Counted from the first letter of the stretch, positions 24,346 through 37,826 are shown. The stretch: 47,228 nt of DNA from Octopus bimaculoides (GCF_001194135.2 NC_068982.1:106137627-106184854); one strand, 5' to 3'. Notes: generated from the letters alone by a model not told the origin. A program made the numbers and translations.

Positions 24346-24760
24346 AACGTCTAGAGATGATGGCGGGAAACCTTAAAATTGTTTTATTCCCAGGCAACAC
24401 CGGGTATCTTTATACACGCACACACACACCCACACTCACTCACACATACATAAACACACACATACACGCACAGACGCACACACACATATATAGGTGCATA
24501 TATATATATTACGCATATATATATGCACCTATATATGTGTATATATATATGCATCTATATGTGTGTGTATATGTGTATATATATGCGTGTGTGTGCGTCT
24601 GCGTGTATGTGTGTATCTGTGTGTGTATGTATGTGTGTATGTATGTGTGAGTGAGTGTGTGCGTGTGTGTGTGTGTGTGTGCGTGTATAAGAAAACTCGG
24701 TGTTGCCTGGGAATAAAACAATTTGAAGGTTTCCCGCCATCATCTGTAGACGTTTCAATA
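24340..24760. repeat. 421-bp foldback: 78-bp unique inverted arms plus quasi-palindromic microsatellite core
   Basis: 24342-24419 versus rc of 24681-24758 is 71/78 identical. The spacer contains mirrored microsatellite variants. Confidence 0.93.
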
Positions 24761-25013
24761 CTTATATATTTTTCAGTAGAGATTCATGAATGATTATATC
24801 TATATCATTAGTAAACTTAGATCTAATACTGACTCGATTTTACAGTACAACCCTGTTAACTATAGATTTTTCTTACTTTACGAATACTGTTGTCCTGAAG
24901 TCTTTACTGAGGTAATGAATGATGGACGAAACATTTTATGTTCGCATTGTAAATATGATTATATTTTATTTTTAATTTTTGACTCTACGTTTTTCTCTGT
25001 TTCTCTCTCTCTC

Positions 25014-25060
<47 letters not shown>

Positions 25061-26402
25061 ATTTCTCTCTGTCTCTGACGATCTCTGACTATTTCTCTCT
25101 CTCTGACGCTCTTTTCCATTCCTGTTTTCCTTTTTCTTTTTTTCTTCCTTTATCATTTCTTTCTCTGTTGGATTCACCTACCATGCGGAATGTGTTTCGT
25201 TGTACCCTTTAATTAACTAGATTAATCGTCTGCTCTTAATCGTTTATTATCAATCACTTGCTATTATTCGCTGCATTTCTCAAAAGATACAACCGTTATC
25301 TCGACCGTTATCGCGACCAACAGCGATAGCGACACCACCGTTAACGCTATCACCATCTCTATCACATTTACCGCCACCACCACCGATACCGTCAACCACG
25401 CCATCACCACCACCAACAACTACAACATCTCCGGCAACAGAACCAGGAACACCAAGACAAAACCAGTCCTTGAAGCATCACAAGCTTCAAAAGAAAAGAA
25501 AGTAAGAACAAAGAACAACACACCGACCAATTTATTGCTCTAATGATTTTATTACAGGAAAGAATCTAATGTGAAATTAAGTCCGTTGCATGTCTTCATA
25601 AAACACCGGTCGCTTCTTTGAGGACGGCTCTTGCTCTGCTCTATGTTTAAACGATCATTCTAATCAGCTGTGTTGATGATTTAAAAAAAAAAAAAAGAAA
25701 ACTGAATATGCAAAGAAGGAATTTTTTTTGGCGTTAATTTTTTTATATTCTTATTTTTTAACGTTTAATACTCTTTTCTCTATTGTCTTAATTATTTAGT
25801 TATTTCATTTACATGAAAGGAAAAATTGCTGAGCACATTCTTTCAGTTGATTTCGGTGATAATTTTTATCGCTATTTGTTGTTTTTTCGTTATGCGTATG
25901 ATGTTGATGTTGCTTCTTTCTCTTAACGCTATTGTTGCATAGAATTTATTTTTTAACTTTTAACTACTGCGTAGTTCTTTTTGCTATAGATGTTGTTGTT
26001 ATTGTGATGTTTGTGCGCTAAGTGATGGTATATTCAGCGGAGCACTTAATTACCTTTATTTCTGCAAAATTTATAATTTTTTTATTTTAGTTTTGCCGCT
26101 CTAGTTGATTTAAAACCAGTGTCAATTAATTATCATAATTAGGTGATAATTCGTACAACATAATTCTTACTTTCAATCGTTCAGCCCAACTCCAGCCCAA
26201 CTCCAAATGGGAAATGGATGAATTACGAAGGCATTCGATTGACTGACATATTTACCACCAGTTTGATATTGACAGCCAAGCTATTTAGAAAATAGCAATG
26301 ATGGTAAAACGATAAGAGAAGCGTTTTTGGACTCTCTCATCTTATTTCCGTCATAAACTATTTCTCTCTCTCTTTCTATTTCTATTATTGCTTAACGCTT
26401 AA

Positions 26403-26800
26403 CGGCAGCGAGCTGGCTGAATCGTTAGCACGCCGGGCAAAATGCTAAACAGCATTTCGTCCTTCTTAACGTTCTGAGTTCAAATCCCGCCGTGGTCAAC
26501 TTTGCCTTTCATCCTTTCGGGGTCGTTAAGTACTAGTTGAATAATGGTGTCAATGTAATCGACTTGTCGCCTCCCACAAAGGATTATTGTTTTGCTCATA
26601 AGGCCGCAAGATGGCAGAATCGTTAGCGCACCAGACAAAATACTTTAGGGTATTTCTTCCGGCTCCTTTTTGTTGAGTTCAAATACTTTCGAGGTCAGCT
26701 TTATATTTCATCCTTGCTGGGTCAATAGAATAAAGTATTTGTCAGTTGCTGGAGTCGATGTGATCGATTAATCGCTCCCGCTCCTTAAAAATGCTGGCCG
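26403..26800 (+). mobile_element. Tandem pair of family D SINEs (26403-26580; 26601-26800)
   Basis: Each has a TGGC(A/T)GAATCGTTAGC head, a GAGTTCAAAT B-box-like motif and a TTTCATCC body. Confidence 0.85.
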
Positions 26801-27196
26801 CAATTATTTTTCTATTTCATTTTTATTATTTTTCTCTCATTTTTCTTTAACTCTCTTCTTCTCTCTTTCCTTTTTCTCTTCCTGTTTCTCGTGCATGTTT
26901 TTTTGTCTCTCTTTCGGACAGAAAAATCACTCAAACATAAGGATAAGTTTTAGCTGTTATTAAACCCAGATTATCCTGATAGAGCAGACCGAGAGCAGAC
27001 CTCAACTTTTGGAATGTATTTAGAACTATGTTTTCTCGTACATTCTTCTCCTTTTTAATGAATGTAGTGTGTGATAACTTGATATTTCAACAGTTATTGG
27101 AACTGAACATTTAGTCTTTCTAAATTATTGGAACTGAACATTTAATCTTTCTTTGGTTTTATAATATTAAAAAAAAATGTGTGAAATTATACAATT

Positions 27197-27675
27197 AGGC
27201 GCGGGAGTGGCTGTGTGGTAAGTAGCTTGCTTACCAACCACATGGTTCTGGGTTCAGTCCCACTGCGTGGCAACTTGGGCAAATGTCTTCTACTATAGCC
27301 TCGGGCCGACCAAAGCCTTGTGAGTGGATTTGGTAGACGGAAACTGAAAGAAGCCCGTCATATATATGTATATNNNNNNNNNNNNNNNNNNNNNNNNNNN
27401 NNNNNNNNNNNNNNNNNNNNNNNNNNNNNNNNNNNNNNNNNNNNNNNNNNNNNNNNNNNNNNNNNNNNNNNNNNNNNNNNNNNNNNNNNNNNNNNNNNNN
27501 NNNNNNNNNNNNNNNNNNNNNNNNNNNNNNNNNNNNNNNNNNNNNNNNNNNNNNNNNNNNNNNNNNNNNNNNNNNNNNNNNNNNNNNNNNNNNNNNNNNN
27601 NNNNNNNNNNNNNNNNNNNNNNNNNNNNNNNNNNNNNNNNCAAATGACTGAAACAAGTAAAAGAGTAAAAGAGTA
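27197..27675 (+). mobile_element. Family A SINE, both ends visible, centre in gap
   Basis: Head AGGCGCGGGAGTGGCTGTGTGGTAAG, (TA)n then N, tail CAAATGACTGAAACAAGTAAAAGAGTAAAAGAGT. Confidence 0.9.
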
Positions 27676-27738
27676 ATTAATAAGGCGAGAATAATCTGTT
27701 GCCCCCTCTTTCTTTCTCCACCCTCTCTCTCTCTCTCT

Positions 27739-27781
<43 letters not shown>

Positions 27782-28462
27782 CTATTTTGCCATTTTGCGG
27801 CAGTTGGTTAAAACATACTCTGTTCAATATAAGTAGGCTACGAAGACCATGCCGAACTAATATTTCTACGAGTGTAAAGTACAGCAGCCGTTCTCTTATC
27901 AGCGGAGGCAGATAGATAAAAGAATTTCTCACATACTGTATCATTTCCTATGAAGCAGTCAGAAAATGGATTTAATCTTGAAGAAAACACCAAGGAAAGA
28001 AAGATGAGGGAAAAGAACTTTAGAACCTTTTGCAATGAGGACGAAAGAATAGGTAATTTTAGCAATTTCATCCACTTTAAACTGTTGTTCATGTAATTTA
28101 ATTCCTTCTTATACATGCTAGGATTTTTCTTTGAAACCCTTCTCTTAATCCTATAGATAACCATATATGAAAGAAGTATGAGATTACGAATCTCATATAC
28201 TGAAGAATAGTTTGTTTGAAATTGATAATTTAATTATCTCCTGATTTTATAACATCAAAAAGAATTTGTATATGTGTAGAATTAAAAAGTGAGGAACAAT
28301 ACGGGGACCACTTTCTTCGTAAATTTGTTTTATTTTATAAAATAAAGTCTATAAATTGTACATGAGCTACATTCTGAACTAAGATTTCTGTAAGCTTAAA
28401 AAATTGGATATTATTTTAAATAAGAGAAGAAAAGTGTGGAAAATTACACGCACACATGTGTG

Positions 28463-28499
<37 letters not shown>

Positions 28500-29489
28500 N
28501 NNNNNNNNNNNNNNNNNNNNNNNNNNNNNNNNNNNNNNNNNNNNNNNNNNNNNNNNNNNNNNNNNTGTGTGTGTGTGTGTGTGTGTGTAAGCATATGTAC
28601 TTAATGTGAAAAAATTTATAGACTGAAACATGACCTGTAGGGTTCGAACGCTGCTTCAACTTAATATCGTTCTTCCATATTTCATTACATTGTCTTCTTG
28701 AATATGCTTTACTCATTAATTTAAGATGTACCAATCTACTCACCTAATCTTTGACAACAATGCTTTAAACAAACTAACCAGTCTGCCTTTCACAAGCATA
28801 CATTCCTTTCTATCTTTCCGCTTCTTATATGCCTGCCCACCACTTCTATAATTTTCTGAACTTAAGGAAGTTCTTTTCGTGCATTAACTTAAAAAATCTA
28901 ACTTCATATGCCTCAGTACGATTCATTCGCCGTTTATGAATTTCTCTATATTTCTTCACCTTATCAATAATGTTAGTACTGATTTAATCGTATAATTCTT
29001 TCATAACCATTAATTCAAGAACGTTATCCCTAATTTAACAATTATTTATTCAACAACTTAAATAAAGAATTCTTCCTTGTAGTTCAACAATAATTAATTT
29101 CAGATCATACTTGTTTATCTGTAAGTTAATACCTACGTATTAACTCAAAAATTTACCTACTAAAACTGAAACAGCGAATAAGATTCTTCTTTTATTGACG
29201 AGCTGCAATATTTTTTCTTATTTGGTAATTTTTCTTTTTTGTATGTTTTCTTGGTATGTTTTGTTTCTGTTATTATTCATATGGTCTGGAAGAAGGAGTT
29301 GTGTCCATAGCATTTGCAGGCCCTCCGAGGCCGATGAGATCGATATGGTTAATGCTCTTTTTGAACCATCGCAAGTTGGCAGCTGTATGTAAAATATGCA
29401 AGGTAGGTGGAGTGGGGATAATTTCAAAGGCGCGACACTCTAGGGACAGAAGACTTGATACAGAGGCTGGTACGAAACCTGAGGTTGTA

Positions 29490-30110
29490 AACACAATTCG
29501 AGAAGTATAGAGATGAGTGAGTCAGGGATGTGTGGTCGAAGGTAGTGTGAGCCCATTTTGATCCAAGGACCAGAATCAACTGTAGTAGCCGTAGAAAAGG
29601 CAGAGAGAAAAAAAGAACCATCATTACAACAACAAACACCCGGGCAGTGCGGGGTGGGGGTTGAGTTATGAATTTTGGTTGAGTGGAGGATATGGAGATA
29701 CGGGGTTAAGAAGATAACTTCAGTCGCATATAAAACTGTTTCTCATGGCTTAAGAATGAACCGCATATACCACTGAGGATTGTTAGCATAGGAATAGCAG
29801 AATGGCAAACAGTCAGCTAATTTGAAGTTCCATAGGTTTTGAGTGAAGTAAGAGGCGTTGCTTAGTATGTGGATAGGTGGATGTGTGGATGATAGGCGCG
29901 ATATGAAACATTAATCTGATGACCAGCTAAAACAGTAAAAGTACGGCAGTTGTTAGATTTGGAGGTGAGAAAGAAATCAAGGGTATTTAGAATGTTCGTG
30001 TGTCAATCAGGTATGACGTATGCGAGGGATACAGGTATTTAAACTCTGTAGAGAGTTTAAAATAGCGAGCAATTCATTTTCCACACTGTCGACGTCAACG
30101 TGAGATGAGT
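29490..30110 (-). pseudogene. Decayed non-LTR retrotransposon (CR1/Jockey-like) AP-endonuclease end and linker
   Basis: Minus-strand peptides LAILNSLQSL, NTLDFFLTS (29987-29961), QNLWNFKLAD (29841-29812) and TEVIF occur in the order expected from LDLFLTS...LWxFxxADW...TEVI, with many stops. Confidence 0.45.
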
Positions 30111-30268
30111 TGTCGAGTATTGATGTTACTGTGGTCAAAGAGTGGTTAAGTGAGATAGACGTCTATGATGTAGACATGTCAAATTGTTGGTGGTAGGAAA
30201 AGTTAAGAGAGCGGTGGAAAAAGCAATGCATTTTGAGGACTAAACCGAAGGGAAAGATATATATTTGT

Positions 30269-30495
30269 ATGATGGACTCTCCCGTCGAAGACGACAAATG
30301 AGTGTTCAACTTTTGCCGAACGACCTGCACAACTTTGTCTGAACAGGTGCATGGTGTACCACTCGTCAGGGGTTGAAGTGATCGTACAGCAAAGTGAGAC
30401 GAAGTATTTTGCTTAAGAACACAACGCACCATCCGATCTAGGAATTGAAGCCACGGTCTCGCGATCGTGAGTGCAACACCCTAACCACTAGGCTA
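30269..30495 (-). mobile_element. Family E SINE with internal deletion
   Basis: Reverse complement matches the head and tail of 13079-13378 but lacks part of the middle. Confidence 0.85.
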
Positions 30496-31170
30496 CAATA
30501 CTTTTATTGGTATCTTTTGTTCTTTCACTGGTTTCAGTCGTTGAAACAAGTTAAAGAATTTGGAGCACTGTATTCGAAGCTTTCAAAATATATCATCGAC
30601 TCTGTTACATTGCTTTAAAATACAGTAAAGCTCTCACATTTCAAATCCCAGTAATTAAGGGATATACTGTTTACGTTTAGTTTTATTTATATTTTTGTTT
30701 CGTCCGCTAAAGGTTGTATCTGAACGTAGATATTCAATCAGATAAATTTAAAGTAAACGTTTCCTGTAGGACCGGTGATGATGCATCGCCACTTTTGGAG
30801 AGAAAAATGCGACGTTGGATGAGACTTCTTTGAATGCAACCGTAACGAAGAAACAGACAAAATGTTGGCAGAAGTAAGCAAACCAACAACGAAGACTCGT
30901 AGAACTAGCTGCACCCAGCATCTTGTATCTTCGTCGCTAAAGTGCTTTAAAGTCAAAAATAGGCTTGTACTGTCAATACATAGATAATTTCAATTGAATC
31001 AGATTCTCAACAAGAGGAGATGTCAATGGGGATGGCTATATCGGTATCTTTTTAAAGCTATCTCCACTGAAGGAAAAAACAAAGATGACCAAGCGGATAT
31101 AAAGGGAAGTAACTATGACCGAACGAAATACCGGAAAGCATACGCGCGCGCGTCTTTCTTTGTGTTGTTA

Positions 31171-31270
31171 TTTGTCTCCCCACTCACCGCTTGACAACCA
31201 GTCTTGGTTTGTTTACAATCCCCATAACTTAGTGGTTTGACTCAAGTGTCCGATAAAATAAATACTAGAC
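31171..31270 (+). mobile_element. Family A SINE 3'-body fragment
   Basis: TTTGTCTCCCCACTCACCGCTTGACAACC...CCCATAACTTAGTGGTT matches the sequence at 35738-35810. Confidence 0.65.
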
Positions 31271-31754
31271 GTACACACACGAAAGCACTTTTACGTATGT
31301 CACGGGAGTTGAGCTATGCTGCAACTATTCCTTCTTGAATTGGGCTCTGAACAAACTGAAATTAAACTTTCAAAAGAAAAAAAAAACAAAAGTAAGGAAA
31401 AAGCACTTACAAACGTTCCATCGCAACATGCATCAGTATTACACACACAGTATTACACACGCAGTATTACACACACACTCATATCACAAGAATTTCAGAC
31501 AGTTTCGCAGTTACTTAACCACCATATGATTGGCTGCTCATCTAATGTCTAAGAAAGTCCAATATAAACACTGAAAGCAGTCTATGTTTATGAGAGGGAG
31601 AAAACCACAGAATATGATTAGCAATTAGCTATAATGTAAACGGTTAAGATGATTTAAATATAAATTATATCACGATTGCAGTCCAATGACTGAAACGAGT
31701 AGAATAAAGCATACTCACAAACATACGTGCACATACATGGAATCAAGAGGTCTG

Positions 31755-31885
31755 CGCAGAGTTTCTGTCCACTTAATTTCACACACATAACTTTTATTGA
31801 GCCAAGGTAGAAGCAGCTTGTCCAAGGCGCCGTGCAATGGGATCAAACACAGAACTAAATGTTTGCAAAAGGAACTTCTTAACTA
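31755..31885 (-). mobile_element. Highly diverged family A SINE head
   Basis: CAGCTTGTCCAAGGCGCCGTGCAATGGGATCAAAC resembles ACTTGCCCAAGGTGCCACGCAGTGGGACTGAAC at 2796-2826. Confidence 0.5.
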
Positions 31886-32764
31886 TATAGCCATGGATAC
31901 CAGCGTAACGTTATGTTATAGATTTAATTATATAGTTAATGCATTTCAGTATATCCATTTGAGTATACCGGACTCCACATAGTCTCTTGGAAGTGTGCAT
32001 TGAATATAATAGTATTATCAGACATAAAACCATGCACACACACACACACACATGCACGCACACACACACACATGCACGCTCACGCACGCACACACACACA
32101 CCTACACCTACATATGTGCGTGTGTGTACCTTTGTCTATATGTGTCCGTGTGTGTACCTTAGTCTATACGTGTCAGTGTGTGTAGGTGTTTATGTAGCTG
32201 TGATCGTATCACTGTCTGTGTTTATCGTGTGTGTATTTGAACGTATTTGTGTGTCGATTTATTGTGCAGTTTTCGTAAATCAAGCTATCTCTCCCCTTGT
32301 CGACTATTCACATACATCTCTTCCACACAGACGTTAACACAACCCCGCCACCGCACACACACATTAAACAAAGACAAACACATATACATACACCTACACA
32401 AACCTACACACGCACACACACACACACACAAGCACACACGCATACTAACAAACACATGCGGAATCTATATTATTGGACAAGCGCAATTCTTTAAGAATCT
32501 GTCTGCCACCAATTTTCCAAAACGCAGTTGTCAGGGAATGTTAAATAGGGAAAATACATCATAAATAGCGTACGATAAACTAATTTTCACAGTTCGTCGT
32601 TCCTTTTTACTGCAAAAGCTGTGCTGGGTGGTTGCTGGTCGGAAGCTGAATGAGGCTTAATATCCAAAGAATCATTACGGATTCATTTCGCGCGCGGACT
32701 GATATAAAATAACGTTGTAGAATCGAATGCTTTCAAATACAGCCCATTTAGAGAACCAGACGAC

Positions 32765-32766
<2 letters not shown>

Positions 32767-32827
<61 letters not shown>

Positions 32828-32870
32828 CATTATTATTATTATTACTATTATTATTGTTGTTGTTGTTGTT
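32767..32870. repeat. (TAT)n microsatellite ending in (GTT)n
   Basis: Direct reading. Confidence 0.95.
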
Positions 32871-33229
32871 ATCATACAATTTGCTTTTGACTTTTTCTCT
32901 TACGGCTTTTATCTATTAACCACAATTAGAGCTGTCCCGACCAAGCGAACCGTTTTCATGCTTTTTAATCTGTGCTTAACACTGGATAGTTTAAATGTGC
33001 TAATTAGTGAAAAACAGTCGGGGCGTGGATGTGTGATGTCTGTCTGAGTCTACTTGTTTACTGCATCCTTCTCCCAATAAAACCTCTTATTGGAGAAGCT
33101 TATTTGTTTTGGTTTTTCTGTTTTTGTTTGCTTGTTTGTTTTGTTATCAATGAAAACCTGAACAGTGGTCTGTATGTAGTTGATTCTACTGTAAATAGCA
33201 ACTGAGAGACTGAGTGTCAGAGGCGAGAA

Positions 33230-33231
33230 AT

Positions 33232-33270
<39 letters not shown>

Positions 33271-34080
33271 GACAGACGAAATGTATATAAGAGACGATTG
33301 GGAGAGAAAAGAGGATGATAAAGAAGGAGAATGAAAGATAAAAGTGATAAAGAAAGAAAGAGAGAGAGGGAGAGAGAGGGGGGGAGAGAATAATTTAAGG
33401 ATAAAAGATAAATACAGACAGAAAAGAGAATGAGTAAATGTAAGAGTGAGATGAGTTTGGTCGAAGACTTAGATGAAGAAAATGGCGTGAAAAATGAAAT
33501 GACGAAATAATTGAAGATTTAAAATGAACGTGGATAATAAGAAAATTAAAACAATGATGGAAAAACAGTAGAGAAAGAAAGATTGAATAACTACACGACA
33601 GAAAGAAAGAAAGTAGGCGAGAGATAATGAGAGAAAGATAGGAAAGCAAATGGAAGATGGCAGCAAAAATAGAGAAAGTGAGATGAAAGTGAATTTAGCA
33701 ATAAAGAGGCGAAAACGGAGGAGGAGGAGGAGAAAGAGGGATAGAAGGAGGAGAAGAAAGAGGAGGAAAAGGAGGCAATTAGCATGTGGCAACGATTTAA
33801 TTATGAGTGAGACATGTAGGTTGTAGGTTGTAAGTTTTGATTCAGATAAAGAGCAGCAGATTGCATTTCATAACGACGAGAATGTGAGGAAAAGAAGATA
33901 CGGTGTTCGTGTGTGTGTGTTGCGGGGAGAGAATATAAGTAAAGGGAGCGACCGAGTGAATGAGAAACGGGAGGGACAGAAGAATAAGAAGTATAGAGAG
34001 GGTGGGATGGTTGAAGGAAAAATAGGCTGAGTTTAAAGAAAGAACCAGAAGAAAGAGAGAAGCAAATAAAGGCATATATT
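33230..34080. repeat. Purine-rich (GA-rich) low-complexity tract
   Basis: (GA)n followed by ~800 bp dominated by A/G. It yields the F/L/S-rich minus-strand ORFs. Confidence 0.8.
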
Positions 34081-34685
34081 TAACGAGATACTATAATATA
34101 GAAAAGAAGGATATGAAGTGATTAACAATTTGTTAAGAATAATTCGGTTCGATAAGTCTTTTTATGTATTTCTTTTTATCCAGAAACCACGTACACTTTT
34201 GCTTCGTTGAATCATTTGTATATTTATGACTTTCCAGTTGGCTGTTAGTATGAGTAGTGTGTGTGAGAATCTGTGCATTATATATATATATATNNNNNNN
34301 NNNNNNNNNNNNNNNNNNNNNNNNNNNNNNNNNNNNNNNNNNNNNNNNNNNNNNNNNNNNNNNNNNNNNNNNNNNNNNNNNNNNNNNNNNNNNNNNNNNN
34401 NNNNNNNNNNNNNNNNNNNNNNNNNNNNNNNNNNNNNNNNNNNNNNNNNNNNNNNNNNNNNNNNNNNNNNNNNNNNNNNNNNNNNNNNNNNNNNNNNNNN
34501 NNNNNNNNNNNNNNNNNNNNNNNNNNNNNNNNNNNNNNNNNNNNNNNNNNNNNNNNNNNNNNNNNNNNNNNNNNNNNNNNNNNNNNNNNNNNNNNNNNNN
34601 NNNNNNNNNNNNNNNNNNNNNNNNNNNNNNNNNNNNNNNNNNNNNNNNNNNNNNNNNNNNNNNNNNNNNNNNNNNNNNNNNNNNN

Positions 34686-34720
<35 letters not shown>

Positions 34721-35503
34721 GAGAGGGAGAGGGAGAAAGAGGGAGAACGTTTATACAGAGTGTATATAAATGTAGAATGAGGAGCGAGCGAATGTTTGTG
34801 TAAGACCTGCTGAGTTAGCAACTAAATTCACACATACGTGTACTCAACTTCAAAGTATATAATTATCTATATATACATACATACATGCACACACACACAC
34901 ACACACACATGTACACACACACACACATACATACANNNNNNNNNNATATATATATATATATATACATACCTATATATATATATATATATCAGATCGCACA
35001 AAACTTGATGCATTTCACACGACCGTTTGCTTAATCCAGCACAATGACGTCTCCCTGCCTTCCTTACACTTATGCATACAAGCACACACATATACTCTTA
35101 TACACTTACACAGGATATATATCCATCTACATATATGCATGAACCTATGAGCTTTATTACACATGCAGTCTGAGATTTATGAGGATTAGTGGGAATGGAA
35201 AGTAATAGTGTTCATACTTTCCCAAAAGGTATTAGTGCAGCTAAATTAAAATCCCAACGGGAGACAGTGGAAACCATTGATTATGTATAATATGCAGTTG
35301 GCTCCCCCGTTAGATAAATAGCCAGTAAACATAGCGTCACAGTTTCAAATGTAATTCAACGTTTTCCTCAAGATTGTCTAAACAAAGACAGATGTTAACT
35401 GCAGTTTAGTACTGAACTCTGCAGCTCATGCAGGTATGCATGCATACATATGTTTGCGTTTATGTGTGCTTGTGTGTGTGTGTGTATATATATATATACA
35501 TAC

Positions 35504-35651
35504 AGGCGCAGGAGTTGCTGTGTGGTAAGAAGCTTGCCTTCCGACCGCATGGTTCCGGGTTCAGTCTTCTACTATAGCCTCGGGCCGACCAAACCCATGT
35601 CAGTGGATTTGGTAGACAGAAACAGAAAGAAGCTCGTCGTGTATGTGTATG

Positions 35652-35741
<90 letters not shown>

Positions 35742-35925
35742 TCCCTCCTCCACCATCGCTTGACAACAGATGTTGGTGTGTTTACGCCTCCGTAAACCAG
35801 CGGTTCGGCAAAATATAGAATAAGGCTTACCAACAATAAGTCCGGTGGGGGGTCGATTCGTTCGACTAAAAGGCGGTGCTCCAGCATGACCCCAGTCAAA
35901 TGCCTGAAAACAAAAAAAGAGAGAG
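35504..35925 (+). mobile_element. Near-complete family A SINE with long internal (TG)n and a core deletion
   Basis: Head AGGCGCAGGAG, (TG)n at ~35640-35737, tail CAGTCAAATGCCTGAAAAC. It lacks CCACTGCGTGGCACCTTGGGCAAGT relative to 27197. Confidence 0.9.
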
Positions 35926-35936
35926 TGACAGACTAA

Positions 35937-36192
35937 ATGTATACAAGTCCGAGACTGTACGAAGTGGCGGTGTTTCATCACCATCGGAACCAAAAATTCC
36001 GAAGCCACCAGAAGAGAAAAGGAAGAGACAGGAGGAAAAGGCTCAACAAAATTAACCTCGTCCTCCACACATATTAATATGCAGTCAATGCCATCGACTC
36101 TTCTATGCAGAGTCATCAACGGCATCGTCATAAAAGAAGCGTTCTGCAAAGAAGAAAATAAATTTCCGGATATGACGATGTCGAAGACGACG
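35937..36192 (+). pseudogene. Decayed 3' end of an RTE-clade LINE (C-terminal zinc-finger region)
   Basis: Across frameshifts: VRDCTKWRCFITIGTKNSEATRR, EEKRKRQEEK, ICSQCHRLFYA and SHQRH. This fits the RTE C-terminal pattern DRxxWR...G...E..R...EKR.RK...CxxCxRxF...SHxRxH. Confidence 0.6.
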
Positions 36193-37117
36193 CTATGTAT
36201 ATATATCTATGATTGTCTGTGTAAAATGAAAAATACTAAAATATTTCTGTAAATTTCAAGTAAGTATATGTTGTTGGAGTCTTCCCAAAATTTCTTGTGA
36301 AATTTTGTGATATTTTGTGAAATTTTGGATCAAGTTCAAAAGAAATAATATATCAAATTTATTGTTGGTAGCTTCTTCACAGCTATAATGATAATTGTTT
36401 TGCCTGCTGTTATCTAACTCTTAAGTGGTCTTGACCGTTAGCACCTATATTCAAAGACATTCCTGCCTTTTTTTTTATCTAGAGTCCTTTTTTTTATTTT
36501 TAAGGTGGTAGTATGTGCTTTTTTAGTGAGATTTCAGAGCTATTTTAACATGTGGTACATCGGCTCTTTTTACTAAATCATGTAGAAAGGGAGAAAAAAA
36601 GCGTTGGGTTACATATACATGCGTATATTCGCGCACACACACATTCATATACATGTACATATAATTATATATACACGTATATAAGTATGTATACTGTAGA
36701 ATAAATTATAATTTCATATGAGTAGAAGTAAAAGGAGAGGAAAAGCATTGAAAAGGCACTTTACAATCTTTAAAATTTATTTACATTTTCGTAACTGATT
36801 TCATAATTACATGATTTTCAAAAGTTGTCTGAATTGTAAAGTGCAGGATCTATCCTGCGACCCAAGTACAATATCGGGCATATTTTGACATTCAGATTTA
36901 TATTGAAAGCTACTTACTTTCCATTCCACAAGAACGCGACATAACTCCAGGACTCTCCATCTTATGCTACTTCTGAAATCATGATTTTGTGAAACAAGTA
37001 AATAATTTTCCTTAACACCTCAAATTCAAGCTTTGTCCTCTTAAAGCACGTCTCCTTATTCCAGTAATAGAATCCAGTATGTTGTCGTTGATAATTCTGG
37101 AAAATATTGTTTGCAGA

Positions 37118-37186
<69 letters not shown>

Positions 37187-37194
37187 TCCTTTAT

Positions 37195-37338
37195 TTTTAT
37201 TCTTTTACTTGTTTCAGTCATTTTGACTGCGGCCATGCTGGAGCTCCGCCTTTAGTCGAACAAATCGAGCTCAGAACTTATGCTTTCTAAGCCTAATACT
37301 TATTCTATCAGTCTCTTTTGACGACCCGCTAAGTTATG
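37195..37338 (-). mobile_element. Family A SINE 3' half
   Basis: TCTTTTACTTGTTTCAGTCATTTTGACTGCGGCCATGCTGGAGC is the reverse complement of the tails at 27641-27675 and 35875-35910. Confidence 0.85.
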
Positions 37339-37341
37339 GTT

Positions 37342-37826
37342 ACATTTATACAGAGAAAGTTGGTCTTACAGCAGTTTTGTGGATATTAGGGATATCCCTT
37401 CATCAGAGACGATGTGATATGGTTAAATAGAGGGAAATATTAGAGTTCAATATAGGAGTTATTTTGGAAAAGGAACAAACAAGGAGTATAGAGGGAAATA
37501 GGAGAATGAATGTAGAGATAAAAATAAAAATGTATAAAGATGTTATAGTTGCAGTGCCATTATCCAAGGAAAGTGGCGTGTAGAAGTGGTATAAATGCTT
37601 CCTGGCCGGTATATATAAATTCCAATAAGAGTTCATATTTTGTCATTACAAATGGAAAGAGATGTATGTATTAAAACGAAGAGGTCAGAGGAAAAGGTAA
37701 GAAAAGAAAAGGAAAGAAGGAGGAAGAGAAAATGAAAACAAGAAGTGAAAATGAAGGAGTGTTAATTTGGTGGTCAAGATACTAAGAGGGGGATGGGAGA
37801 GGGGTAAAGCGAGATACGTAGTAATA
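37342..37826 (-). mobile_element. Hammerhead-bearing repeat (Penelope pseudo-LTR-like), copy 1 with damaged GAAA
   Basis: Inverted homolog of 39411-39994. The motif at 37363-37410 reads GTCT-CTGATGA-AGGGATATCCCTAATATCC-ACAAAA-CTGCTGTA-AGAC on the minus strand. Confidence 0.8.

Noticed and set aside
25290-25545. Thr-rich open frame
   Set aside because: Degenerate (ACC)n repeat, typical of simple-repeat decay.
27830-29100. Protein-like fragments on both strands (e.g. VKKYREIHKRRMNRTEAYEVRFFKLM on minus)
   Set aside because: Multiple stops and no family recognised. It could be an ancient TE but cannot be supported.
30770-30872. Acceptor TTTCCTGTAG ... donor GTAAGC pair
   Set aside because: Stops in all three frames.
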